Below, in pieces: positions 1 to 10,623 of a stretch of DNA of 36,208 nucleotides. Where the stretch lies: the NCBI GenBank assembly GCA_000826855.1, contig JTLS01000059.1, positions 1 through 36,208 on the forward strand. The letters run 5' to 3'. The notes below the pieces were generated by a model. That model saw nothing but the letters and a program-made list of their open reading frames with translations, made no database searches and was not told the DNA's origin. The stretch comes from Basidioascus undulatus (lineage: Eukaryota). Numbering within the stretch: position 1 is the first letter of the stretch; each line of letters starts with the position of its first letter. A program made the position numbers and the translations under genes.

Positions 1-3
1 AAG

Positions 4-39
4 TCGTAGTCAGATACTCTACCATTGAGCCAGCCGGCC
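4..39 (-). tRNA. tRNA-Arg(ACG) 5' half (positions 1-37), followed by CTT (intron start or trailer) up to the window edge
   Basis: The reverse complement reads GGCCGGC TG GCTC AATGGTA GAGT A TCTGA CT ACG A|CTT. This gives the acceptor 5' strand, a D arm (GCTC/GAGT), the anticodon stem 5' strand and anticodon ACG at 7-5. It breaks at the canonical 37/38 intron position. Confidence 0.9.
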
Positions 40-40
40 A

Positions 41-76
41 TGACCGACGCAGGGATCGAACCTGCAACCCCCTGAT
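41..76 (-). tRNA. tRNA-Arg(ACG) 3' half (positions 38-73), located upstream of the 5' half
   Basis: The reverse complement reads A TCAGG GGGTT GCAGG TTCGATC CCTGC GTCGGTC A. TCAGG pairs with TCTGA (anticodon stem), the T arm is perfect with a GTTCGA B box, and GTCGGTC pairs with GGCCGGC (acceptor stem, two G-U). The discriminator A is at 41. Confidence 0.9.
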
Positions 77-81
77 CTCGA

Positions 82-95
82 CTACCATTTGCTCA
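82..95 (-). promoter_or_regulatory. Pol III A-box-like element upstream of the tRNA-Arg 3' half
   Basis: TGAGCAAATGGTAG aligns with the real A box TGGCTCAATGGTAG (32-19). T8G9 and AATGGTAG are identical and the stem positions have diverged. Function is inferred only. Confidence 0.45.
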
Positions 96-1301
96 CGCTC
101 CTGGTGCCGAACACTTTCAAAGTTCTTTAGAGCTTTCAAAATATTTTAGAACAGCTAAGAAACGGTACCCAAGAAGCTGCTAAAATATAAACCGATACCC
201 TACCATGCAGGGGGCTTTGAACCTGGTTTGAAACACGATCCTAGTGCGTTTAATTGATTTATGGGATGGGTATCTGCAGGGTTGTTGTGTAATTTGTGTA
301 GCCAGAGCGAGCTGCTGAAGATTGCGCAGGCAGGCAGGTTACTCTGAGAAGTATGGTTTCGCTAGCATGCTACTCTCGGGCTCGCGTACAGGGCTATTGG
401 ACCATAAATGAAAGATGTGTGAGGCTTTTTCTCGAGCGTAAACCGTTATTGTAGGCAACACTCTTGAGTTGGTACAGCTGTGACCTGAACAACCGCACTT
501 CTCTCTGTATTGCAACGGAACTGAGAGCTCACAGGGTCTGAAAGGGATTAAAATGTGCACAAAGAAAGAACCTGAGAAACTTAGAGAGATCACCTGCACA
601 GCCCGTCTCGCATGAAAGCGCAACCTGCAACCTGGGAAGATGCTGTGTTGCTAGCAAAAAGGGAATGGCTTCCCCTCCCACTAACTGTTCAAGTCATGGT
701 AAATCAGTCTTAGTAACCTCGGTTTGGTTTGTAATTCACGGGCCATTTGCGTAGTTTGTGAGGTGACGGGCAACTACTGCACCAGGACAAACAGGCACTG
801 AGAAGTTGCAAAGTGTGGCAGCCTTGGGCCAACCTCACTCTAGCATGGAAGTGTGGTATAGCGTCTCCAAAGCCATCATATCAGTCAAATCGAACAGGGA
901 GTTGCGGATGGCTTTAAGGCTGCGTGGCTTCGTCGAAGCCCCAGCGGACTGCAGCCTTTGAACAACTAACAACATTGATTCGCGTGTCCTTGTTCGGGCC
1001 AAGTCACAAAAGCTCTGAGACTTGTCACACATGGAAAGTAATTCGTGAAATGTCAAGCACACACCGATACCTAAAACGTTGCAAGTTGAGTGTTGCGTTT
1101 TAGATTGTGCTTCCTCGGGTCATCCACGGCCAGAAATTCGGAGCTCGGCACATCTCGCCCGACCCGGTCAAGCGTCTCGCGTTTTTCTGGCTTGGACTTG
1201 CCTTTCCACTTTGCCGCCTGGCTGCACCGCTCGCTTCGCTTTCCGCTCTTTGTACTATACCCGCATCTCCCCGGTCCACACACCCCTAGAAAAAAGCAGA
1301 G

Positions 1302-3046
1302 ATGTCTCCCCCGGCAGGCGGCAAGTATAAGGAGTCCGGCACCGCTCGTGTGCTCGGCTCGGGCGCGTCTGGTCAGTCCTCCCTCAGCTGCTTTTGATCT
1401 CGATGAGGAGACTGACGGCAGGTGCGTGCGGCAGGTATTGCGGAGCTCTTGGTGCGAAGGGTGTCCTCTGCTGGTGCCGTTGCCTGAGGTGCTGACAAGT
1501 GGCATGGCGGGACGTGCAGGTCTTCCACCCCATCGGTGGGTCGTCTTCCTTATCTCGGAGTCAAACTGCGGGGCTGGGACGAGGAGGGAGCGTCTGGCCG
1601 AAGAAGCCGTTTGGGACGCTGTCACTGGCGCATTCGATAGCATGGCGTTCTCAACCGCTCTCTCTTTTGTGCGAGGGGGCGTTGGATCCGCCGCAGGAGG
1701 CGTCTTCTCTTGTTCGCTGAGCTTCCGGCTGTCACTCCGGGCTCCGCGGACTCGGCGGTCCGCCGCCTCGTCGTCTTCTCGTCTCACGACTCTACTCGGC
1801 ATACACTCTTCAATGTCTCGAACTCGTGCTAACGTTTCGTCGCACGCTATGCAGACACCATCGCCAAGCGTCTCATGACCAACTCGTCGCACGTCGGCAT
1901 GTCCAACCTGAACACCGTCATCTTCAAGAACCACGCTGCCTCTCCCCTGACGACCAAGTTCTTCTCGCTCTTCCCCGGTCTCGGCTACGCGGCGGGCTAC
2001 AAGGTCGCGCAGCGCGTGTACAAGTTTGGCGGCCAGCCGTACTTCAACGACCTCATCAACTCGCACTACGGCTCGTCGTTCAAGGCCGCGTTCGGCGACA
2101 AGAACGGCAAGGCCATCATGTCGGCTACGGCGGGCAGGTGAGTAGTTTAGTAGGCAAAGTGTGATTCGAAGCGGAGGTTTACTAACGGTGACGGGGCAGC
2201 TTGACGGGTATCGGCGAGGTGGTGAGTAGCGGAAGGTGCACACGAGGCAAGGGGGCTCGATCTGATTCCGGGTCTCGCAGGTCCTTCTCCCGCTTGACGT
2301 CCTCAAGATCAAGCGCCAGACGAACCCGGAGGCGTTCAAGGGCCGGGGTATCTTCAAGATCGTGGCGGACGAAGGCTTTGCGCTCTACCGGGGATGGGGT
2401 TGGAGTCCGTCTACCTGCTTCACCCCGACTCGACCCGTCAGCTGACTGACGTTCCTTTCACAGCCATGGCCCGCAACGCTCCGGGTTCCTTCGCTGTGCG
2501 TCTCAATTCCTCACTGGGAAGCTGGGCGGGACGCTGCTGACCTTGTACGGGCTGCAGCTCTTCGGTGGTTCTGCGGTGACCAAGGGTTACCTCTTCGGCC
2601 TTGAGGACTACAGCAAGGCGACCTGGACCCAGAACTTTGTTGCGGTACGTCATTCATTCCCTCATTCCGCTTCCGCGAGGCCCGTGCTGACGGGAGGTGT
2701 CTGTGCGCTGGCTCAGTCCATCGGCGGTGCCGTCTCGTCCATCACCGTCGCTGCGCCGCTCGACGTCGTCAAGACTCGTATCCAGCAGGCGAACTTCGAG
2801 AAGTCCGTCTCCGGCGTTACGGTCATCAAGGACTTGATCAAGACAGAGGGGCCGACCGCGTTCTTCAAGGGCCTGACGCCCAAGGTGCGTCTTCCTCTCT
2901 CTCTCCCTCTCCACCCCTTCTCACCTCCAGACTTTTCTGACTCTTACCAATTATTTTGGAATTAGATTCTGGTCGTCGGACCCAAGCTGGTCTTCTCTTA
3001 CACCCTCGCCCAGTCCTTGATCCCCTTCTTTGGCAAATACGTCTAG
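1302..3046 (+). CDS. GGC1: Mitochondrial GTP/GDP carrier (SLC25 family), 10 exons
   Basis: Exons 1302-1371, 1435-1451, 1520-1535, 1855-2137, 2200-2221, 2281-2404, 2464-2495, 2558-2644, 2717-2884 and 2966-3046 are all GT-AG and phase-consistent. The protein contains ARVLGSGASGIAELLVFHPIDTIAKRLMTN, LFPGLGYAAGYKVAQRVYKFGGQP, LPLDVLKIKRQTNPEAFKGRG and APLDVVKTRIQ...FFKGLTPK. It has three PX(D/E)XX(K/R) motifs and closely resembles yeast Ggc1/Yhm1. Confidence 0.95.
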
Positions 3047-4603
3047 AAGCCGTTTGGCTCGCTTCTTTTCCTTGATTTCTCACTGTAGACATGTTGTTTT
3101 CTACATTTAGTTTCCCTTCTCCTTTACATCTCTTTGGGAAGTTGGACGCTGCCCATCTTACATACGTCCATCTGTCTTTTGCATTGCTTCACCTCACTTA
3201 CGTCCGCTTCACCGCCGCGCATGGATACTCGCTGCTCTTGATTCTTCATTGCCTGACTGAGATGACCTGAGAGTGTTTGAAAACGTTGAAGGCTATGTTT
3301 GACTCGTGCAAGTCTCCTGTGCAAGAGACCACGTACGGACGGCTATCGGCAGCTGTCTCGTCCTGTTGGGTAACGTTCCGCTGATGACCTGCCTACGGAG
3401 CCCGAGTCTGGTGAGTGCCACCAATTGCTGTTGCACGTTGAGCCAAATCAAATAAATTTGGTGGGATTGGTTCAAGCTTTAGGAAATCGAGGTATGATAA
3501 AGTGCTGTTGAAACTGTTCCTAATTTTTTTCAGACATAGCATACAGGCTTTCAGTATACATATTAGGTCCAGAAAGTTTTGCCGAATATCGCATTCAAGG
3601 GACGAGATGTGGCCTTGATCACGTCCCAGGTGGCATGGCTGAACATCCCTCATTCTGGAATACTCGGTAGCTGTTATAAAATTCAACTGCCATATATTTC
3701 AAACCGCCAAGTGATCATCAACCCAATGGATTGTGAGCCGCCTGCGGGAGAGCACCCGCCAACGGCTGGGCTTGCCTGGCTCCCTAGCTTCCGCTGCTCC
3801 GCACTTCCGGTCCTTTACCGTTCCATGAATACGGGTTATAGGTATGTGGGGATAACGTAAGATAGTTTGGAAGTGTTGAAGCCCCTTTCTTGAGCAACGC
3901 ATCAGCCGCCGGCTTGTGTGGAAGCTCAATTTCGCAAGAGGCCCGGTGGAAGACTTGAGTAATAACAGCACCTGTGTGTGGCTCTGATTCTGAGTGATAG
4001 ACTCTCATTAATACGACAGTTCGCACTCGGGTCGACGGGTTTGCTGAATGCATCAGGATTTGATGGGGAGCATTAATTTGCGTCGAAGGACCACGACTGA
4101 GAGTTAACTCTCACGGGTGCATGTCGAATCTGAAGGCGAAGGAGTGGCTCGGATACTACTCAGTGTGCATGTGCCTACAAATGCTGATTTTCTTGTTCCA
4201 GGTGGGGCGTTGGATGAACTCATACCTACGAAATGTCGAACAGTTCGACGGCCATGCCGAGCCTATCGAAAACTAGCAGCTAGCTAATGCCAGCCTGCGC
4301 ACGACTACGCAATTATGAGGAGACTCGACATGTGTTTCGTACATCGTCAGAAACGGACGCTGTACAGTTTGCACATATCCCACCACCAACCTGTAAACTG
4401 TGGAGCTCCACTGGATGATGATGATGGTGTTTCGCTGGCCGTCCAAAACGGCTCGTCGACACTCGAAAGGCAGTCGCATCAGTTCACGCTGGTCGCGCCG
4501 TCCGCAGAGTCTTCCATTCGATCCTTCTTCACTCAATGCACTTTACACTCCAACAACCTACTTAGGCTGGATCCTGACCCCCTCCTGCCCCGCCTCCCCC
4601 TCC

Positions 4604-4872
4604 TCATGGATAGCCGTGTCGTCCTGATCGAACTCTCTCGACGGCGGCCCGCTGCTCCCGCCCCCATCTCATTCAATCAGCTCGTTCCCCCTTCCCGAGG
4701 CGCGAATGGAGACGAAATACCTGCCACGAGGCCCAGTCCCCCTCATCTCATCCTTCGGGATGTCGCGCGGCCAGCCGGGCGGGTTCCGCGGCCTCGGGTG
4801 CGAGGAGGGGTCTTCGGACTCTGAGGGGTCGGGAATGTCGGGGCGCGTGGGGATGGGGGAGAGGCCGGACAT
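4604..4872 (-). CDS. Possible small orphan gene (about 70 aa, one putative intron 4720-4668)
   Basis: ATG at 4872 follows a pyrimidine-rich leader and gives MSGLSPIPTRPDIPDPSESEDPSS...GPRG. There is a GTATTT donor and a GCTGAT branch-like site, but only a weak GAG acceptor. No homology recognised. Confidence 0.25.
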
Positions 4873-6587
4873 GCTTTGGGTGAGATGAATATGTACTTTG
4901 AAAATGTGAGGTGGATAAGAGAGGTGGATGGGGCGAGAGCGAGGAAGGGACGTGGCACGAGTGAGGTCGGGAGCTTGGGTTCGAAAGAGTGAGTTGGTTG
5001 GATGACCGCACTGCGCGCTCACGGCTCGGAGTGGCTGCTCTGCCTTTCCAGAAGGTTGATAAGCCCAAGATTCTTCCTGGGTTACTCTAGAAATTGGGTT
5101 GTGGAGTAGGCCTGTATACGACGATGTCGCTGTTCAGTCGCGTTGGCTTGCAGCATGCTGGACGCTCACACGCGGTCGCGCAATGGCAACACACCTACAC
5201 CTTTAAGTCTGTGGAGAAAGATGTACAGATATTCACCACAGATAATCTTCGTCATAGTTCAGGCATGCTGGTCGTCTAGCGCACAGACTGAGAAAGTGGG
5301 CGACGTCCCTGCCGACAATGTCTCCTTGGCTCGGCTTCCCCTCTTCCTTGAGTGCCATACCCGCTGAGGACCTATAGCTTTTGAATTTAACACTCCACTT
5401 CACAGCTCCCAAAGACTCGAAGGGGCTCATCAACCCGGTCGGGATGAGGGCGGCGCTGCGAACAAAGGTTTAGGATGCCAGTGAGGCTACCAAAAAGCAT
5501 ACAGCTGCTTGGCTTCAGAATCCGACAGAGATCAAAAACAAAGACTCAACTGATTCTGCCGTACTCGTCATGTCGAAAATGGGAACGAGCAGAGGGCATG
5601 GGCTTTCTGACGGGGTCGGCCCAGAGCGGGCGGTGACTTGGGGTCGTGGGACTGTGGGGGAGCAAATGAAGATTGCGTGTGTGTGACCATGGAATGTATT
5701 GAACGCTACTCTTCTTAAATCCTGTTTCGGAATGTCGGTCACAACGACACGCACGCACATGTACACGACGGGAAGGAGGGAGAGCGGTAAGTGGTCAGCA
5801 TCTGCGTCCCAGTGCACTCGCAGGCTAAAGCTCGCTTGCCGTACCGAGCTGCTTCCACATTGAGGTGTACAAACATTATTCACAGCGAAATCTTCAATTG
5901 ATCTTCCAAGAAATTCGACCAAAGTGAGCCAGTGGCCGCCTGCGAAAGGGCGCCGTGTGCAGCCCCCACCCTCCCCTCCAGCTGGTCCCTCACACCCGCT
6001 GAAGCTTGCTCAATAATGATATATGCTAGGTTGCGAAAGATTTATAAGAGCTCTAGAGGTTCACCATACGTAGTCACAGATACCTCGGTAATTGCAAGTG
6101 GAGTCGTCGAGAACAGTTACGGTGTGCACGTGAGTGACCTTCGAACAGGCTCTCGGGCTAGAGGCCCCATGTAAGGAACCTCCATGAACTGGGAGTCTTT
6201 TACCAGTCTTCTTAATAAGCAGCTACGGGCTTATTCGTTGCCAAACGAAAGACGCAACAGCACAGACATTCTGTGTTCCACTGTTGCTGCTGAAGTTGAA
6301 AACGTGCCACCCGCTCATTGCGACATGCCTCACCATCGAGAGAGTCCATCTTTGTGTACCTATGTATTTCCAATGCTCATATATAACGTCGATAAGCAAG
6401 AATGCGGGTAAAAGGGAAAGGAAGGTGCACTGCGTCACGGATCGTGCCGATTAGTCATGAGCGAGGGGGCTTTGGGCGTTTGGCGTTTGGCCCCAAAGAC
6501 TGGCCTTCCTTGCGTTTGCCGTTCACCGCGACGCTTCCGTTCGTTCTCTTGCCCTGCTCGCTCGCCCCTCGCCGCCGGTCGAGGAAC

Positions 6588-9267
6588 ATGGTCACATCCC
6601 AAGTGCGTACGGAATCGAAATCACACGGGAAGGAATCAGTAGAACCCGAGAAATCAGCGCTGACCAAGGACATTACGCGCTCAGGCGACGGCGAGCACCT
6701 CCTCGCATCCTTGGGCGTTTGGCGAGCTCAGCGCGAGCGAGGCCTCCGATGCGCGCAGAATAGCAGCAGAGGGTGCTGGCGCCTCTGGAAACGGTCGTAA
6801 ATCGCAGTCTGGATCAACAAGTGAGTGTTTGTGTTCAGGTGAGGCTGGGGTGTCTGTCGGTTGCTGAGCGGTGGCGGTCGTGCGACTGTATCTTCGCTTG
6901 CACAGAAGGCTCGCCGCTGGCCACGCCCTCGCCGGCTCTGGCGCCATCCCCTTCCACATCCTTGGCAAAAGCACAACCGACACTCCTGAACGGCATGCAC
7001 CGCGCACCCTCCCCGTCGTCTTCCTCGCCTTCCCCAGCCACACCCGCCGTCGCCATGCCCGCCTCGCCTCCACCCGCCCGTCAGCGCAACGCCTCCGTCT
7101 CCTCCGCGTCCTCATCCACCTCCCGCCCAGCAGCTGCCCAGCAGCCCAACGGCCACAAATCCCCTCAGCCCCTCTCCTCCCCGCGCTCGTCCCTCTCTGC
7201 CGCATCCGCCTCGCGCATCCCAGATGCCACCATGCGCAACATGCGCTGGTCCCGCTTCCCCTCGCGCCCTGCGCCCGAATGGGCACCTGCAGTGACCGTT
7301 TGGGAAAAAGCGCGCCCCCCGCCCGTCATCAACCTCGTCACCTTCGTGCCCCTCATCCCGCCACCCGTCGCCAGCCGACATCCGCAAGCGAGCCCAACAG
7401 CTTCCCCTCCGCCCCAACCGCCCCCGCTCTCGACTCCCTCCTCTCCCGCTCCCCCCTCCGTTTCTTCGCCGCCCTCCTCTGCCGCATCACCCAAACCTAA
7501 ACCAACGCCGCGCTCATGGGCGGACCTGGTACGGAAAAACACGCCTGGCGCGTCCACCGCCGCTTCCACGTCCGCAGCGACGTCCGTCGCGCCGAGCGTG
7601 GTGGGCGATGGCGCACCGGGAGCGGAGGGCGGCCACGGTGGGCAGGCGGCACCTTTGACGGAGCTGAGGGGTCTGGTGAACAGCGGTAACTTATGCTTTG
7701 CGAATGCGGTTCGTCTTCCGCCCTACCTTTCCTCTCCACGCCCAGCAGAGTCGCTGACCAATGAGCGCCCTGTCACCCACCAGGTCTTCCAAGTCCTCCT
7801 CTTCTGCGCGCCGTTTTACAATCTTCTCAGCGCGGTCGGGCGCGACCTCGCGCACGACTTCGCGAACCGGACGCCGCTCCTGGACGCGACGATCATTTTC
7901 CTGCGTGAGTTCCGGGTGCTCGGGAAGGACGAGGCGAAGGAGGGCGAGCTGCAGATTGGGGACCCGTTCGAGCCGCAGCATGTCTACGACGCGATGAAGC
8001 AGTACAAGCGGTTCGACCAGATCCAGGTACGTCCTCCCTTCGGTGTGGGTGGTATCCGGGAAGACGGGCGGGACTGATTGTAGCGGGTTTGCAGCGCGGC
8101 CACCAAGAAGACGCGGAAGAGTTCCTTGGCTTTTTCCTCGACACGCTGCATGAGGAGCTCCTCTTGATCCTGTCCCGTCTTCGCACCCGCCCGCCCGCAT
8201 CCCTCGCGTCCCTCCTCCCCTGCCCGTCCGCGTCCTCCGCGGCGTCTTCCCGCTCCACTTCCGCGCACCCCGACGAGCGCGAGCTCGCCCGCCCCGTGAG
8301 CCCCCCGCCCGGAGGAGACGACGGCTGGCTCGAAGTCGGCGCGAAGAACAAGACTGTTGTTACACGCTCGGTGAGTGTAGGAGGAACGAGCGTCGGGGCG
8401 AGCGCGCAGTGGGGGGGCAGGGCTGACGTGGGGCTGATTGGGTGCGCAGACCGAGACGAGGGAGAGCCCCATCTCGCGGATCTTTGGTGGGAAGCTACGG
8501 AGCGTGCTCCGCACGCCTGGGCAGAAGGACTCGGTCACGCTTGAGCCGTACCAACCCCTGCAGCTTGACATCCAAGTTCGTCCCTCTCCTCACCTCTGCT
8601 CCCCCCCCACGCCGTCTGACTTACAACTCTAACCGTCCGCCAGCCTGACTCGGTCCGCACGATCGAAGACGCGCTCCGGAACCTCGCCCAGCCCGAGACG
8701 ATCCACGACGTCTTCTCGCCCTCGCGCGGCGGGCTCGTCGACGCCACCAAGCAGGTCACGATCGACATCCTCCCGCCCATCCTCGTCCTGCACTTGAAAC
8801 GCTTCTTGTACGATAATGTCGGGGGCGTCCAGAAGAGCCATAAGGTCGTCGGGTATGGGACAGAGCTGGTCGTGCCGCAGGGTGAGTGGGTCGCGTGAGC
8901 GAGAGAGGGGGAAAGAGAAGGGTGCTGATGGCTTTTTTCGGGGGGCAGAGGTTCTCTCGCCCGCGAGAAGAGGACGGGAGGTGCGGTATAGGTTGATCGG
9001 AGGTGCGTGTCTTCCGCAAATCCCATCCTCCACCCCACGCTGACATCGCGTCCGCCCTGTACAGTCGTCTACCACCACGGCAAGTCCTCCGCATCGGGGC
9101 ACTACACGGTCGACGTCCTCCGGCAGGACCACGCGTCGTGGGTGCACATCGATGACGTCGCGATGGAGAGCGTCGCGCCCGAGCAGGTCGCCGTCCCGCC
9201 CGGCGGTCCCGCGGGCTTGGCTCTCCCGGACCGCGTGGCGTACTTGCTGCTGTGGGCTAGAGTTTGA
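6588..9267 (+). CDS. UBP3: Ubiquitin-specific protease, Ubp3/USP10-like (peptidase C19), 9 exons
   Basis: Exons 6588-6602, 6685-6820, 6906-7708, 7784-8026, 8095-8370, 8450-8575, 8644-8881, 8949-9002 and 9065-9267. Motifs are the Cys box RGLVNSGNLCFAN, QEDAEEFLGFFLDTLHEE, SPISRIFGGKLRS, LVLHLKRF and the His box VVYHHGKSSASGHYTVDV. The Pro/Ser-rich N-terminus carries an RSWADL motif. The two 5' exons are less certain. Confidence 0.9.
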
Positions 9268-9776
9268 GAGGGGAGGGCATGGAAGTCGTTTGAGATGGTT
9301 TTGGGATGGTGGTTCGCGGGGGAAAGGTTGCGGTGGGGAAGGTGGGGGGAGAGCCGTGACACAGCATTGAGAGTTTGCTGCTACGCATTTTATACCGATT
9401 CTTTCTCCTCGTTTGAGCGTTCCATGCCACTTCAGTGTGTTTCGCACTCTGATCCTCAAGGCGAGTGTTTGAACTGTTGAAACGTTTTAAAAGCGGCAAG
9501 AGCTGCCTTCCTTCTGGAATGTTATCGGCGACCGAGGTTAGGGTTATCTGGACCCCGGCGGCATTTCGCGCCTTCCCCTTTCGATGTCATCCGGCCTGAG
9601 TCGACTACAACCGCTTCCACGACCATCGCACACGACCCGCTTGCACTCTTCCTCCTTTGAACCACTTGTATACACCTTCACTTTTCATCTACGCATCTAG
9701 CAGTACGTCTTTTGAGCATTCGCCATCTTGCTTGGGAAATGAAGAGCTCACACGACCCCAGTCCACCGAACAGAAG

Positions 9777-10623
9777 ATGGCGACTTCCGGCTGGGTTCGT
9801 CATTGCCACCACCGTTTGGAGGAGAGATATGGCGTGGCGGGATGGGTTGGCTGACCTGGTTGAATGGGGGTTGGGTTATGCAGGACGACAAGACCGTTAT
9901 TGGCTCCAAGGCCAACCGCGCGACGACCGCGCGTGGCAACACCGCCATCAACTGTGAGTCGCTGTTGGGGCTCGAGGGGGAGAGGAGATGAGAGGGAGAT
10001 GGAGCGGTTTGCTGAGGGTGGCGTTCTGTTCGTAGCGGTGGCGCGCAGCGGGGCGCTACAGGGCGAGCGGAAGATTTCGCAGGCCAACAAGGCGCACGTC
10101 GGTAAGTGGCGGTGTACCCATGCCGGTGTTCGCGAGGCGCAGGGCTAATGGGGAATGAGTGAGCAGGGACGGACCACCAGCGCATCGCCAAGCTTGACCG
10201 CGAGAACGAGGTGGCGCCGCCGCCGAAGGTCGCGCCGTCCGTAGGCAAGGTGCGTGGTGGCGAGGCGAGCACTCCAGATATGGAAGCAGGGTTGGCTGAC
10301 TCTGGAGTTGGGAATGGCGAACAGGCGATGATGACTGCGCGCCAGGAGCTCAAGCTCACGCAGAAGGACGTCGCGCAGAAGGTCAACGAGAAGCCGTCTG
10401 TCATCCAGGACTACGAGGTTCGTTCCTTCGTCCCTTTTTCGTCTTTGAACCACCTCGGTACATATCATTCATTGGGTACTCATGGTGCTGTCTCCGGAAC
10501 GAACAGGGCGGCAAAGCGATCCCGAACCCGCAAGTGCTCGGCAAGCTCGAGCGCGCGCTCGGCGTCAAGCTACGCGGCTCCGACATCGGCAAGCCGCTTG
10601 CGAAGCCTGGCGCGAAGAAATAA
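9777..10623 (+). CDS. MBF1: Multiprotein bridging factor 1 (MBF1/EDF1, HTH), 6 coding exons
   Basis: Exons 9777-9794, 9884-9953, 10036-10101, 10167-10249, 10325-10417 and 10507-10623. Protein: [15 protein letters not shown]...[19 protein letters not shown]...[45 protein letters not shown]. Confidence 0.95.

Noticed and set aside
191..210. GATACCCTACCATGCAG resembles the tRNA-Arg 5' half (GATACTCTACCATTGAG) and might be the missing upstream half across a long intron
   Set aside because: There is no anticodon arm (GTAGTCAG) and no acceptor strand (GCCGGCC) around it; it is too degenerate to fold.
1071..2357. 428-aa minus-strand ORF, plus similar long antisense or alternate-frame ORFs at 7984-8571, 14735-15394, 15989-16807, 22029-22862, 23199-24020 and 24346-25455
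   Set aside because: These are shadows of GC3-rich spliced genes on the opposite strand, with no domain-like content.
9535..9546. Telomere-like AGGTTAGGGTTA upstream of MBF1
   Set aside because: It has only one perfect TTAGGG. It could be a telo-box but is within chance expectation.
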